Assembly (NCBI GenBank): GCA_963713865.1
Contig: OY970208.1
Location: forward strand, 192,001-256,000
Origin: an uncultured candidate division Zixibacteria bacterium
GTDB lineage: Bacteria; Zixibacteria; MSB-5A5; RBG-16-43-9
Direction: 5' to 3'
DNA: 64,000 bases
Under the pieces are notes generated by a model. The model was not told the origin of the DNA and ran no database searches. It was given only the letters and a program-made list of their open reading frames with translations. Below are positions 19,516-29,124 of the stretch, piece by piece. Every line of letters begins with the position of its first letter. The stretch's first letter is position 1. The position numbers were made by a program, and so were the translations under genes.

Positions 19516-20673
19516 ATGAAAACCATAAATTTCATCTTCTTTTTTACTATTGTCTTGGCAGTCTACGGACTGGTCAATTATTATATTTTCATCCGGGGAT
19601 GGCAGTCAATACCCCCGGGTTCTCCTCTAAGAGCATATTATCTGATATTATTCTTGATTTTCGCTTCCTCTTTTATAGCTGGCAGGATATTGGAAAGATT
19701 CTGGCTTTCCATACCCAGTAATGTATTGATATGGATAGGCTCTTTCTGGCTGGCTGCAATGTTATACTTTTTCCTGATTATCCTGTTATTAGATTTTTTA
19801 AGACTGATCAACCACTGGCTTCCGTTTTTCCCCTCTTTCATAACCGGAGATTATGTAAGAGCAAAACAGATGATAACTCTTGTATCTATAGGGATTGTTT
19901 CGATTCTACTCACTGCAGGATATATAAACTCGCTAAACCCCCGCATAAAAACACTTTATTTGACTATCCCCAAGCCAGTTGATATTCCAACATCCGTAAA
20001 CCTCGTGATTGCATCAGACATCCATCTCGGGACCCTTATAAGTAACTCAAGATTTAATCAGATAGTTGACCGCATAAACCGGCTTAAGCCTGACATTGTC
20101 CTTTTGCCCGGAGATATCGTGGATGAGGACTTGGCTCCAGTCATAAAATATAACCTGGGCCAGGCACTCAGGAACATAAAATCGACATTCGGAGTCATTG
20201 CCATCACCGGCAATCATGAATATATCGGAGGAGTTGAAAAAGCGTGTAAATATCTGGAAGACCACAATGTAACGGTCTTGAGGGATAGTGCTATAAAAAT
20301 CAACAACAGCTTTTATATTATAGGCAGAGAAGATAGAAGTATAAAAAGCTTTACAGGTAAAATAAGAAAACCACTGAAAGAATTACTGACCAAAGTCGAT
20401 AAGAGTTATCCTCTCATCTTATTGGACCATCAGCCCTTTAATCTGGAGCAAGCAGTCGAAAACGGCATAGACCTTCAGATTTCAGGCCATACCCATCATG
20501 GCCAGCTCTGGCCCTTTAATTATATCACCAATATGATTTACGAGGTAAGCTGGGGATACAAAAAGAAAGAAAATACGCAGGTGTATGTCTCTTCCGGCGT
20601 TGGCACCTGGGGTCCCCCAGTGCGCCTGGGCAACAGACCGGAAATAGTGAATATAAAATTGAGTTTTAAGTAG
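19516..20673 (+). CDS. Membrane-anchored metallophosphoesterase (YkuE-like)
   Basis: N-terminal TM helices; SDIHLG, GDIVD, GNHE, HQP, SGHTH.GQ. Confidence 0.92.
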   Translation: MKTINFIFFFTIVLAVYGLVNYYIFIRGWQSIPPGSPLRAYYLILFLIFASSFIAGRILERFWLSIPSNVLIWIGSFWLAAMLYFFLIILLLDFLRLINHWLPFFPSFITGDYVRAKQMITLVSIGIVSILLTAGYINSLNPRIKTLYLTIPKPVDIPTSVNLVIASDIHLGTLISNSRFNQIVDRINRLKPDIVLLPGDIVDEDLAPVIKYNLGQALRNIKSTFGVIAITGNHEYIGGVEKACKYLEDHNVTVLRDSAIKINNSFYIIGREDRSIKSFTGKIRKPLKELLTKVDKSYPLILLDHQPFNLEQAVENGIDLQISGHTHHGQLWPFNYITNMIYEVSWGYKKKENTQVYVSSGVGTWGPPVRLGNRPEIVNIKLSFK

Positions 20674-20679
20674 ATTATT

Positions 20680-20716
20680 GTGGGGATAGAATCCGCCTCA
20701 GGCGGATTCTGTCCCT
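20680..20716. repeat. REP-like palindrome with TCCGCCTCAGGCGGA centre (five copies in window)
   Basis: Copies at 12684-12718, 20680-20716, 23542-23582, 30750-30789, 58317-58357. Confidence 0.8.
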
Positions 20717-20809
20717 TTACTTTCTATCACATGAATCCTAAAGTTTGGTCATTCCTCTTTTATTTAAAGGAGAGGGACTAAGGGTGAGGTTCTCCTTTGA
20801 ACTTTTTTA

Positions 20810-21283
20810 TTATTGTATTACCCTTCTCCCCCCTAAATATCTTTTCGCATAATATTTTTCTTCCAGGGAAGAGATGATCACCCCCTGGGAGGAAGAGGAA
20901 TGGACAAACCGGTTATCCCCGATATAGATTCCCACATGGAAAGGGGTAAAACCATCCTCAGTGAAAAAAACTAAATCGCCAAAGGAAAGATTCTCCCTGT
21001 CGACTTTCTTCACTATTTTGTAAAGATTTTCAGTATTTGAGGGCAGAGAAATTCCTGAATATCTGCGATAAACCTCATGCACTAAAGCTGAGCAATCGTA
21101 TTTGGAATAAGGCTCCCCTAAATATGATTCTATTATCCGCGTCATCTTGACTTTATCGATTTTCGTCTCCGGAGGAGTATAAACAGAAGGATGAGTGGTA
21201 TATCTGGGATAAGATACACAGCTAACCAGTAAAAAGAAAAACAGGGAGAGGTAACTTATTTTTTTGATTAAATTTAATTTCAT
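20810..21283 (-). CDS. NlpC/P60 family lipoprotein
   Basis: Lipobox LVSC; LG.PY, DCSALV, GDLVFF, HVGIYIG, FVHSSSS.GV. Confidence 0.9.
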   Translation of the reverse strand: MKLNLIKKISYLSLFFFLLVSCVSYPRYTTHPSVYTPPETKIDKVKMTRIIESYLGEPYSKYDCSALVHEVYRRYSGISLPSNTENLYKIVKKVDRENLSFGDLVFFTEDGFTPFHVGIYIGDNRFVHSSSSQGVIISSLEEKYYAKRYLGGRRVIQ

Positions 21284-21460
21284 CTACGACCTGTTAGAAT
21301 TCTAATTCGTATCACTGCGAATTCACCGGCGGGGACAAACCCCGCCCCTGCATTTTTTTGTGTGGGAATTGGATTTTTCCGCTTATAGCGGAATCCTGGT
21401 GACCCGCACATCATAGTTTCTATCTTATCGGATATAGAACCCAATACTATATATAACATA

Positions 21461-22783
21461 CTAATCTCCATTCAGACCCGTTTCAGATAACATTTTCTCA
21501 AATTTTGATACACATTTCCCGTCCCTATCGTATCTGGAAAGGTATTTTATGAAATCCTCATAGTATAAAATTTTCCCTTTGAAATCCTTATAAATTTCCC
21601 TGATCAGTTTATTCCAGTTTTCATCCCCGATCTCTCTGCGCACTTTGTCCAGGACATAAGGGCCTTTTCCGTAAATGACCGCACCCTTTTCCTTTGTATT
21701 CAGAAAATCGACTTTGATTATCGGTATATCCTTGTCTGTGCCGGCAAATTCTTTATATGTATCCAGTCCCTGATTTAATCCGGTGATAAAAGCATCTTCT
21801 CCTTTTGTTTGCTCAAGATAGATAAGCCTTAAATAATGCGGTAAGGATAACAGGAAAAACCAGAATCCTTTTCCATAAAGTTTAAAAAATACCCCGGCCG
21901 CAGTCCATTGAGCTGCGATGGATAAATGAAGATTATCGTAATAACCCTGCTTGAACGCCTGGATGAACGTCGAGCCGATCATAAGAAGACCGGTTGCGAT
22001 ATTCGTTCCCTCCATTTCGGGAATCTCAACCAGGGTCAGGCGATTATGCGGGTATTCTCCGATATATTCATTATAGAACTTTAGAGCGGCACAGGCTTCG
22101 GAAATAATTTTTTCCCTTTCCACTTTATCGACTGTAGCAGAATAAAGATAGACCTCTTTTCCACCGCATTTTTTAAAAGTCTCATTATACACACCTGTTT
22201 TTGCAATGACCAGAGGCAGTTTGAATACCGGAATTTTGCTCTCGTAGGTAAATTGGGAATGCTCAGGCGAGGTTTTCTTTTCAATCAAATCTCCTGCGGA
22301 AAAAACAATATAACCAGGCGGTACTTCCGCCCTAAGCTTGAACCTAAAAATATTATCCATGATGAGAGGATACCAGCGATTCCCCCGGTCAAAAATCATC
22401 AGACTGTCTTTCAATCCACCAGACGGAAAAGAATACTCAAAATCTATTTTAAAATCACGGCTTAGCCTCAATGCAGGTGGGATGGTTAAGCTTAAAGTAT
22501 CTTTACCCGTGAATTTATAAGAAAGATCAATCCAGCCACCTTTTGTTTTAGATTTCACCGACTTTATTTCTGCATTTGAACTCAGTATCAAATCGATTGT
22601 ATTAAAGGTATCAGCCCTGTGAAGCGTTAATCCAGCCCTGACCAGTAACTGACTATCGGGCAAATCTAAATTTACCGTAACTTCAGAGGAAGTTATCTCT
22701 ATCCGGGAAGTTTGACAAAACCCATTCTGCCCGATAAATAGGTACAAAATACATATCAATATTATTGAATTAAAATTGCGCAT
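21461..22783 (-). CDS. Secreted M1-aminopeptidase-like protein lacking HExxH
   Basis: Signal peptide; WYP, GEYP..RLTLVE, IYGKGPYVL..VR.EIGD; HLSIAAQW in place of HExAHQW. Confidence 0.75.
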   Translation of the reverse strand: MRNFNSIILICILYLFIGQNGFCQTSRIEITSSEVTVNLDLPDSQLLVRAGLTLHRADTFNTIDLILSSNAEIKSVKSKTKGGWIDLSYKFTGKDTLSLTIPPALRLSRDFKIDFEYSFPSGGLKDSLMIFDRGNRWYPLIMDNIFRFKLRAEVPPGYIVFSAGDLIEKKTSPEHSQFTYESKIPVFKLPLVIAKTGVYNETFKKCGGKEVYLYSATVDKVEREKIISEACAALKFYNEYIGEYPHNRLTLVEIPEMEGTNIATGLLMIGSTFIQAFKQGYYDNLHLSIAAQWTAAGVFFKLYGKGFWFFLLSLPHYLRLIYLEQTKGEDAFITGLNQGLDTYKEFAGTDKDIPIIKVDFLNTKEKGAVIYGKGPYVLDKVRREIGDENWNKLIREIYKDFKGKILYYEDFIKYLSRYDRDGKCVSKFEKMLSETGLNGD

Positions 22784-22862
22784 ATTTCCTCCATTGTAAC
22801 ACGACCTTTCCAGGGTCGCCCGCGAGGGCGGGGACAAGCCCCGTCCCTGCGCGATTAGGCAG

Positions 22863-23480
22863 CTAATCTGTTAATTTAACACTTATCGCCACACCATCAC
22901 CAATCGGTAATATGGTGCTGAACAAACGCTTATCCGAAAATATTTGCTGGTTGTATTTATGGATTGGCTCACTGAGTTCTTCTCCAATCCCCATAGGTTT
23001 AAATAACGCATCATCCGCTATAATCAATCCATTCTTTCTGGTTATTTCAATACATCGATCTAACATCTGGGAATATAACTTCTTATCAGAATCCTGAAGT
23101 ATCAAATCAAAAGGTCCTTTAATCTGATCGATGATTATATTCGCATCACCCCATATCAAATCAACAAACTCAGATAACTCTGTTTCCACAATATTTTTTC
23201 TGGTTATCTCTAAAAATTCTTTTTTCTGCTCGATAGATATCAACTTACCACCTGTAGTACGAAGTGCTTCTGCCAGCCAAACCGTGGAATAACCCAGGCA
23301 GGTGCCAAATTCCAGTACCCTTTTAGCCTGTATCATTTGAATTAGTAAACTTAAAAGCCTGCCAGCCTGTAATCCGATATTAGGGCTGGTATCGTTCCTT
23401 GTATTCTGCTGATGAATAATTTTAACTAATTGCTCATTGCCTGCAGGGATTAAGCTCTCTATATATTCTATTATACTCAT
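22863..23480 (-). CDS. Class I SAM O-methyltransferase
   Basis: VLEFGTCLGYSTVWLA, FDLILQD.DK, GLIIADD, LPIGDG. Confidence 0.9.
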   Translation of the reverse strand: MSIIEYIESLIPAGNEQLVKIIHQQNTRNDTSPNIGLQAGRLLSLLIQMIQAKRVLEFGTCLGYSTVWLAEALRTTGGKLISIEQKKEFLEITRKNIVETELSEFVDLIWGDANIIIDQIKGPFDLILQDSDKKLYSQMLDRCIEITRKNGLIIADDALFKPMGIGEELSEPIHKYNQQIFSDKRLFSTILPIGDGVAISVKLTD

Positions 23481-23605
23481 TTTAAAACTCCTTCATTGCT
23501 TTTCGTAGAACAACTCTTTCAGGTTCACTTTACGGTTTTGCGCAGGGACAGAATCACGCCTGAGGCGGATTCTGTCCTTGCACCTCGCAAGGCTGAAACC
23601 TTGCC

Positions 23606-24844
23606 CTACATTCTTATTTGTATATTTTCCATCTTCCTTGTTCCTTCGGAGAGGCCAAAATAAAAAACAACTCCGGCTACAATTGCCAGAATTGCACCAA
23701 AGGAAAAAGCCACAGCTGCACCAAAACCCTGCCAGAGGAAACCCATAATCAAGCTGGCAGGCAGAGCACATAATCCCACTGCCCCATGATAGAACCCATA
23801 AGCAGTTCCTCTTTTATCCTTATCCTTCACCATATCAGCTACAAAAGCCCGCAGGGCTCCGTCTGAGATACCATAATAAACTCCATATAAAGCAAAAAGT
23901 CCCCAGATATGCAAAGCCTGAGTGGCAAAAGCAAAACCTAAATAAGCTAACCCATAGACTGTAAACCCAATGAGAATAACTTTTTTTCTGCCAATCCTGT
24001 CTGATAAAATCCCGGCGGGAATAGAAGATAAAGTATACACCAGATTGAAAAAACCCCAGAGCAAAGGGATAAGAATTAAATTCACCCCTAAGCCTTTGGC
24101 TCTCAAGAATAAAAAGGCATCACTGGAATTACCCAGGGTGAAAATCGCCACTATCAGAATGAAAATTTTGAACTTATTATCAAATTCAATGCCCTTTTTC
24201 CTTTCTGAAATAACACTTTCTTTTTTTCTGATTTTTATCTCCTTAACCCACAGAAACAAAACCAAAACCGAGAAAAAAGCTGGGATTGAGGCTAATAAAA
24301 AAAGATGCCTGTAGTTTTTATTTAAAAGGGGTAAAAAAAGAAATGCTAAAAGTGGACCAAAGATTGCCCCGGCAGAATCCATGGCCCGGTGAAGTCCAAA
24401 AGAAGTTCCCCGTCTTCTTTCGTCAGAAGATTCAGCGATTAAAGCATCCCGGGGAGAGGTCCGCACCCCCTTTCCCACGCGATCCCCAAACCTTAAGAAA
24501 AGAACCTGCAAGCCAGAAGTAACTAAAGCTAAAAGTGGCTTGCTAATTGAGGAAAGTGAATATCCCAGGATAACTATCGGCTTTCTTTTTCCGATCTTAT
24601 CTGAAAACCATCCCGAGAAAATTTTAAATAGACTGGCAGTGCTCTCTGCCACTCCTTCGATTAATCCCACAACGACCTTGCTGGAATGGAGTACCTCAGT
24701 CAGAAATACCGGTAATAAAGGATAAACCATATCTGAGGAGATATCAGTGAGAAAACTTACCAAGCCTAAGAAGAAGATATTCTTCTTTATTCCGAAAAAA
24801 AGGCTCTCGTTCCTGCTTTTGTCTTCTTTATTTTCCTTATCCAT
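23606..24844 (-). CDS. MFS transporter
   Basis: About 12 TM; GWFSDKIGKRK, DRVGKGVRTSPRDALIA, GILSDRIGRK. Confidence 0.92.
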   Translation of the reverse strand: MDKENKEDKSRNESLFFGIKKNIFFLGLVSFLTDISSDMVYPLLPVFLTEVLHSSKVVVGLIEGVAESTASLFKIFSGWFSDKIGKRKPIVILGYSLSSISKPLLALVTSGLQVLFLRFGDRVGKGVRTSPRDALIAESSDERRRGTSFGLHRAMDSAGAIFGPLLAFLFLPLLNKNYRHLFLLASIPAFFSVLVLFLWVKEIKIRKKESVISERKKGIEFDNKFKIFILIVAIFTLGNSSDAFLFLRAKGLGVNLILIPLLWGFFNLVYTLSSIPAGILSDRIGRKKVILIGFTVYGLAYLGFAFATQALHIWGLFALYGVYYGISDGALRAFVADMVKDKDKRGTAYGFYHGAVGLCALPASLIMGFLWQGFGAAVAFSFGAILAIVAGVVFYFGLSEGTRKMENIQIRM

Positions 24845-25189
24845 AAAATTTATATTCAATCCTAAAACAGATTTAAAGACAGTATATATTTATCCTTTTA
24901 AACCGTCAAGGATTTTGTAATTTGGAAATCTCTGAAAAGTATCATAACGGGTGATTCGGGAGTAACCTTGCCTAACTGGAGATCCGAATGGATTCTCTTG
25001 ATTTTCAAGGGGTTAGGGTAAACCATAATCCCTGAGAACTTATATACTCAAGTATTTTAGTCTATTGTTCGACTTTATAAAGAGAAACCAGATAAAATTT
25101 ACTTGACAAATCGAGAAATTTTAGTAAATTAAAGTTGCTTTAGTTTGTTATTTGTTTCAGAACATCAATTAAAAGATCGGAGGAGGAAG

Positions 25190-27967
25190 ATGATTAAATC
25201 AAAGTTAGTTTTAGCATTGTTGATTGCGATATTGATTTTATTTTTCGCAAAACCGCTTTTATCTGAGAACAGCTACAAAGTCCAGTATAAAGCTGAATTC
25301 TCAAAAGAAAACTTTTCATTTGATAAACTGAAGGGGTATGATAGAATAAGGTTTAAAGAGGGGACCTATCTGACTGATGTTGCCAAACCAATGCTGCCAT
25401 CCAGAGAAATCCAGATAGCCATTCCAGCCGGGATGAAGGTCACAAATGTTTATGCTTCGGATACTAAAAGTGAGGAAATCTTTGGTGAATATAATATCTT
25501 TCCTGCTCAACCACCAGCAAGAACAAGCCTTTCAGAGGATGAAATTAAGTTTGTGGAACCAGACATAGAGACATATAGATCAACCCAGCCCTATCCTTCA
25601 AAATTGGTGGAGTTCATTCGACAGAGCGATTTAGCCGGTCAAAGTATAGCCTATTTCAGGCTTTACCCTCTACAGTATGTCCCTGGAGAAAAAAGGTTAG
25701 AACTTTACACTTCAATCTCTGTTGTTCTGGAAGGCACTCCTGGATACGAATGTGGTGATTACCTCTCACCTAATATCACTGAGGAAGATAGAGAAATCTA
25801 TGAGGAGATGGTCAAAGAGATAGTGGTAAACCCTGAGGAGGTTCAGTTAAGCACCGGAATGAAGTTGGGCAAAATAACTGCCCTTCCCCCTGGTTCCTAT
25901 CAGCATGTGATCATCACCCATTCTTTGTATGCTTCAGCTTTTCAGCCCTTAGTTGAGTGGCACACCAAAAAGGGGGTAAAAGATACAGTGGTTTGTACCT
26001 CTGATATCTATGCCAATTACAGTGGAGCAACCAACCAGGAAAAGATACGCAACTTCATTATCGATGCCCATTCAACCTGGGGAGCAATTTATTACCTTTT
26101 GGGAGGCGAAGATGGTTCTGTGCCCTTTGAATTCAGAACCTATTATAGTGAAAGCGCACCCAGTGATCAATATTATTCTGACTATGACGATGACTGGACG
26201 CATGAGGTCTTTGTAGGCAGAATCCCCGCAGGAAGCTCGAATTCGGTTACGACCTTCGTCAACAAAGTTCTAAAATATGAGACTGACCCTCCTCGAACAG
26301 ACTACCCTCTGGATGTTCTGTTAGTAGGAATGGATCTGGATGCAAGCACGCCAGAGGAGGAATTGAAGGAATCTATTGCTTCCTATATTCCTGCAAGGTT
26401 TAATATAACCAAAGTGTATGATAGCTATTCTGGTAACCACAAAACCGACGTTATCAACGCTCTTAATGCTGGTCAAAACCTGGTGAATCATGCAGACCAT
26501 TCCAACATCACTGTCATGGGTACAGGATACTTTAACCACAACCTGGATATCAATCAAACCAATGTGAATGCACTAACCAATGACAATCAGATGTCCATCA
26601 TAGTTTCCACTGGTTGCGACCCAAATGCAATGGATGCCACCGACTGCATTGCTGAGACCTTTGTCGAATCCAATCCATATCAAGCTGGAGTAGCTTTTAA
26701 CGGCAACACTCGCAGTGGTTGGTATAGCCCAGGTGAACCGAGCAGCCTCTCCAGTATATTGGATATGCAGTGGTGGGCGGCGCTTTTTATACGCAATAAA
26801 TATAACCTCGGTCAAACTTTAGTAGATAGTAAGCATAATTTTTACACTTCTACTGATATACAGAAACAATGTGAATGGGTCTTCAACCTTCTGGGAGAGC
26901 CGGAGATGCCAATCTGGACAGATGAGCCGGATAGTTTTGCAGTTACCTTCTCTTCCTTGCTTCCAGTTGGATCTTCCTCCTTTCTGGTCCATGTTGAGGA
27001 TTCTACTACACATACCGCCGTGTCTCAGGCTTACATCTGTTTATGGAAAGGAAACGAAGTCTATCTCACCGGATACACCAACACACTCGGTAATATAACT
27101 TTCAATCCTTCACCAGCTACCCAGGGAACGATGTATGTAACTGTAACCAAGCACAATTATCTTCCCTACGAAGGTCAAGCCAGCGTAGCCAGTCCGGTCC
27201 TTACCACTCAAAAGGCAACAGATATAGAAGAGACTAATGCAACCCTCCATGGCCGTTTGGATAATGATTTTGGATATGAAACAACTTGCTGGCTTTTCTG
27301 GGACACAGACGCTGGTGAACCATATTCCTACAGCGAATCCATAGGAGTATTTACCAACGGTTCAGAGTTCAGCAATGACCTCACCAGTCTGACAGAAGGA
27401 ACCCTTTATTATTACACCGCTAAAGGATTTAATATCGTAGGCTGGGGCAGTGGAGCAGAACTTAAATTTTTGACCAAACCAATCCCACCAACTGATCTTT
27501 CTCCAGATTCAATCACTTCCTGTTCTATAAAGCTTCTCTGGAATAAACATACCTCGGCTGATAAAACGATCATCGAAAGAAATGATACTCTGGTCTGGGC
27601 AAGAGGAGAAGGGACAGTAATCTACAACGATACCGGTTCAAACTGTAAAGATACCGGGCTGGCACCTTTAACTCAATACTATTATCAAGCCTGGTCATAT
27701 AGCGAAGAAGGAGAGTTGTATCAATACAGCGATGATTTTGATACCTCAAATACAATCACACTTTTCAAACATGGCGATGTTAATGCAGATAGGGCGATAA
27801 CTGTGTCAGATGTGATATTTCTGATTAACTATCTCTTTAAGGGAGGACCTGAGCCACAACCAATGCAGGCAGGAGATGCTAATTGTGACGGTAAAGTTAC
27901 TGTTGGCGATGTAGTCTATTTAATCAATTATCTTTTCAAAGGTGGACCGCAACCACCAGTTTGCTGA
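25190..27967 (+). CDS. C25 (gingipain-family) cysteine peptidase with propeptide, Ig/FN3-like domains and C-terminal dockerin
   Basis: RBS GGAGGAGG; signal peptide; Y.LLGG, SDQYY, VFVGRIP, HADH, STGC, NLLGEP; duplicated GDVNAD/GDANCD..DV..LINYLFKGGP. Confidence 0.9.
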   Translation: MIKSKLVLALLIAILILFFAKPLLSENSYKVQYKAEFSKENFSFDKLKGYDRIRFKEGTYLTDVAKPMLPSREIQIAIPAGMKVTNVYASDTKSEEIFGEYNIFPAQPPARTSLSEDEIKFVEPDIETYRSTQPYPSKLVEFIRQSDLAGQSIAYFRLYPLQYVPGEKRLELYTSISVVLEGTPGYECGDYLSPNITEEDREIYEEMVKEIVVNPEEVQLSTGMKLGKITALPPGSYQHVIITHSLYASAFQPLVEWHTKKGVKDTVVCTSDIYANYSGATNQEKIRNFIIDAHSTWGAIYYLLGGEDGSVPFEFRTYYSESAPSDQYYSDYDDDWTHEVFVGRIPAGSSNSVTTFVNKVLKYETDPPRTDYPLDVLLVGMDLDASTPEEELKESIASYIPARFNITKVYDSYSGNHKTDVINALNAGQNLVNHADHSNITVMGTGYFNHNLDINQTNVNALTNDNQMSIIVSTGCDPNAMDATDCIAETFVESNPYQAGVAFNGNTRSGWYSPGEPSSLSSILDMQWWAALFIRNKYNLGQTLVDSKHNFYTSTDIQKQCEWVFNLLGEPEMPIWTDEPDSFAVTFSSLLPVGSSSFLVHVEDSTTHTAVSQAYICLWKGNEVYLTGYTNTLGNITFNPSPATQGTMYVTVTKHNYLPYEGQASVASPVLTTQKATDIEETNATLHGRLDNDFGYETTCWLFWDTDAGEPYSYSESIGVFTNGSEFSNDLTSLTEGTLYYYTAKGFNIVGWGSGAELKFLTKPIPPTDLSPDSITSCSIKLLWNKHTSADKTIIERNDTLVWARGEGTVIYNDTGSNCKDTGLAPLTQYYYQAWSYSEEGELYQYSDDFDTSNTITLFKHGDVNADRAITVSDVIFLINYLFKGGPEPQPMQAGDANCDGKVTVGDVVYLINYLFKGGPQPPVC

Positions 27968-28157
27968 AAAAAGCAATTTATAGCTTGAGTTCTACCGGGG
28001 CACGTAATAACGTGCCCCTTTGTTGTAACATTCTTATGGTCCAGCTTGATGCGGATCCTTTTTAATCCTGCCCTTTAAAATGGCGAGTAAAATAATAGGG
28101 ACAATTTGTGAATTGTCCCTATTATTTCTTTTGATTTTGAAAAATTAAGACTTCGAC

Positions 28158-28718
28158 CTACTTCAGAAACGAAATCTTCCCCTTGGTGTTATCAAACCCC
28201 GGATAAATCGACTGGGCGACTTTATCTTGAGCCTTCACTAACTGCAGGACGTTAGATGGGGGGAATAAAGTAGTATCCAGAGTTACGCTTCCTTCACCTG
28301 ATCCCTTTTTCAGAGTAAAATAAAGCCGGGCGATCTCATTATTCCCCTTGGATAGATAAATATCCGCTGCCGAAATAGTGCTGATTAAAGCGATAAGCAC
28401 CCTCTGAGTTTTCGCATCGATGTTAGGATTCTTTAAGGCAAATTTATCCACCGGGGTGTTGGTAAAACCAATAGAATCCAGAGAAATGGGGCTTTTACCG
28501 GTACCGTATTTTAAGGGCACAACAATGGCTGTGATGTTCTCATCATTCAACAGGCTCACTTTAGCCACAACCTTGTCACTCCCTGGTTTCTGGTCAACTA
28601 CCACACTCACCATATCCAGTTTACCAAATGGGTCATTCGCTTTGTCCGACCAGACGATGGAGAAAGACGTGAGGAGTAGCAGAATCGCAAGATAAAGGGT
28701 TATATACGTTTTTTTCAT
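28158..28718 (-). CDS. Secreted cohesin-like domain protein
   Basis: RBS GGAGGG; signal peptide; beta-rich V.L.NDE.ITAIVVPL.Y..LDSIGF..T, G..EIARLYF, LDTT.FPP. Confidence 0.6.
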   Translation of the reverse strand: MKKTYITLYLAILLLLTSFSIVWSDKANDPFGKLDMVSVVVDQKPGSDKVVAKVSLLNDENITAIVVPLKYGTGKSPISLDSIGFTNTPVDKFALKNPNIDAKTQRVLIALISTISAADIYLSKGNNEIARLYFTLKKGSGEGSVTLDTTLFPPSNVLQLVKAQDKVAQSIYPGFDNTKGKISFLK

Positions 28719-29124
28719 CCCTTCCCTCCTTAGCATTATGATTAGAGCTTAAGTTCAATTATCATTCCAGCCTTTAGAAGCTCACAAAGATTTATTTTAA
28801 GAAATCTGCGGGGCTTCCCTGCCCCTCAAAGCTGGTCTTCCCCTTCTAAATCGTTCGCTTTTTTGCGAAGATTTTATTTTTAATGAATTGACCTTTCTTG
28901 AGTACACCTCCTTGTTTCAAGTTACTTAATTTTTTTCAATCGGCTTATCTGGGCTATCATATATAATTTTCGTCAGAAATCATATAATCTTTAGGCAGGC
29001 AATTCCTTGCATCCTAAAGCTCTTTTTTATATTAACTTTTATAACATTTCCGCTTGGAACAGCTTAGCCCTCTAACGAACCCTGCAAACTCAGTCTCTTT
29101 TTTAATTCGTTTTATTCAAATCGC

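Noticed and set aside
21280-21471. 63-aa ORF between the NlpC/P60 and M1-like genes
   Set aside because: Composed largely of palindromic repeat sequence
28740-29120. Riboswitch or small ORF upstream of cohesin-like gene
   Set aside because: An AAGGAGGTG RBS-like motif has no suitable start codon and I could not match any known aptamer; only weak hairpins
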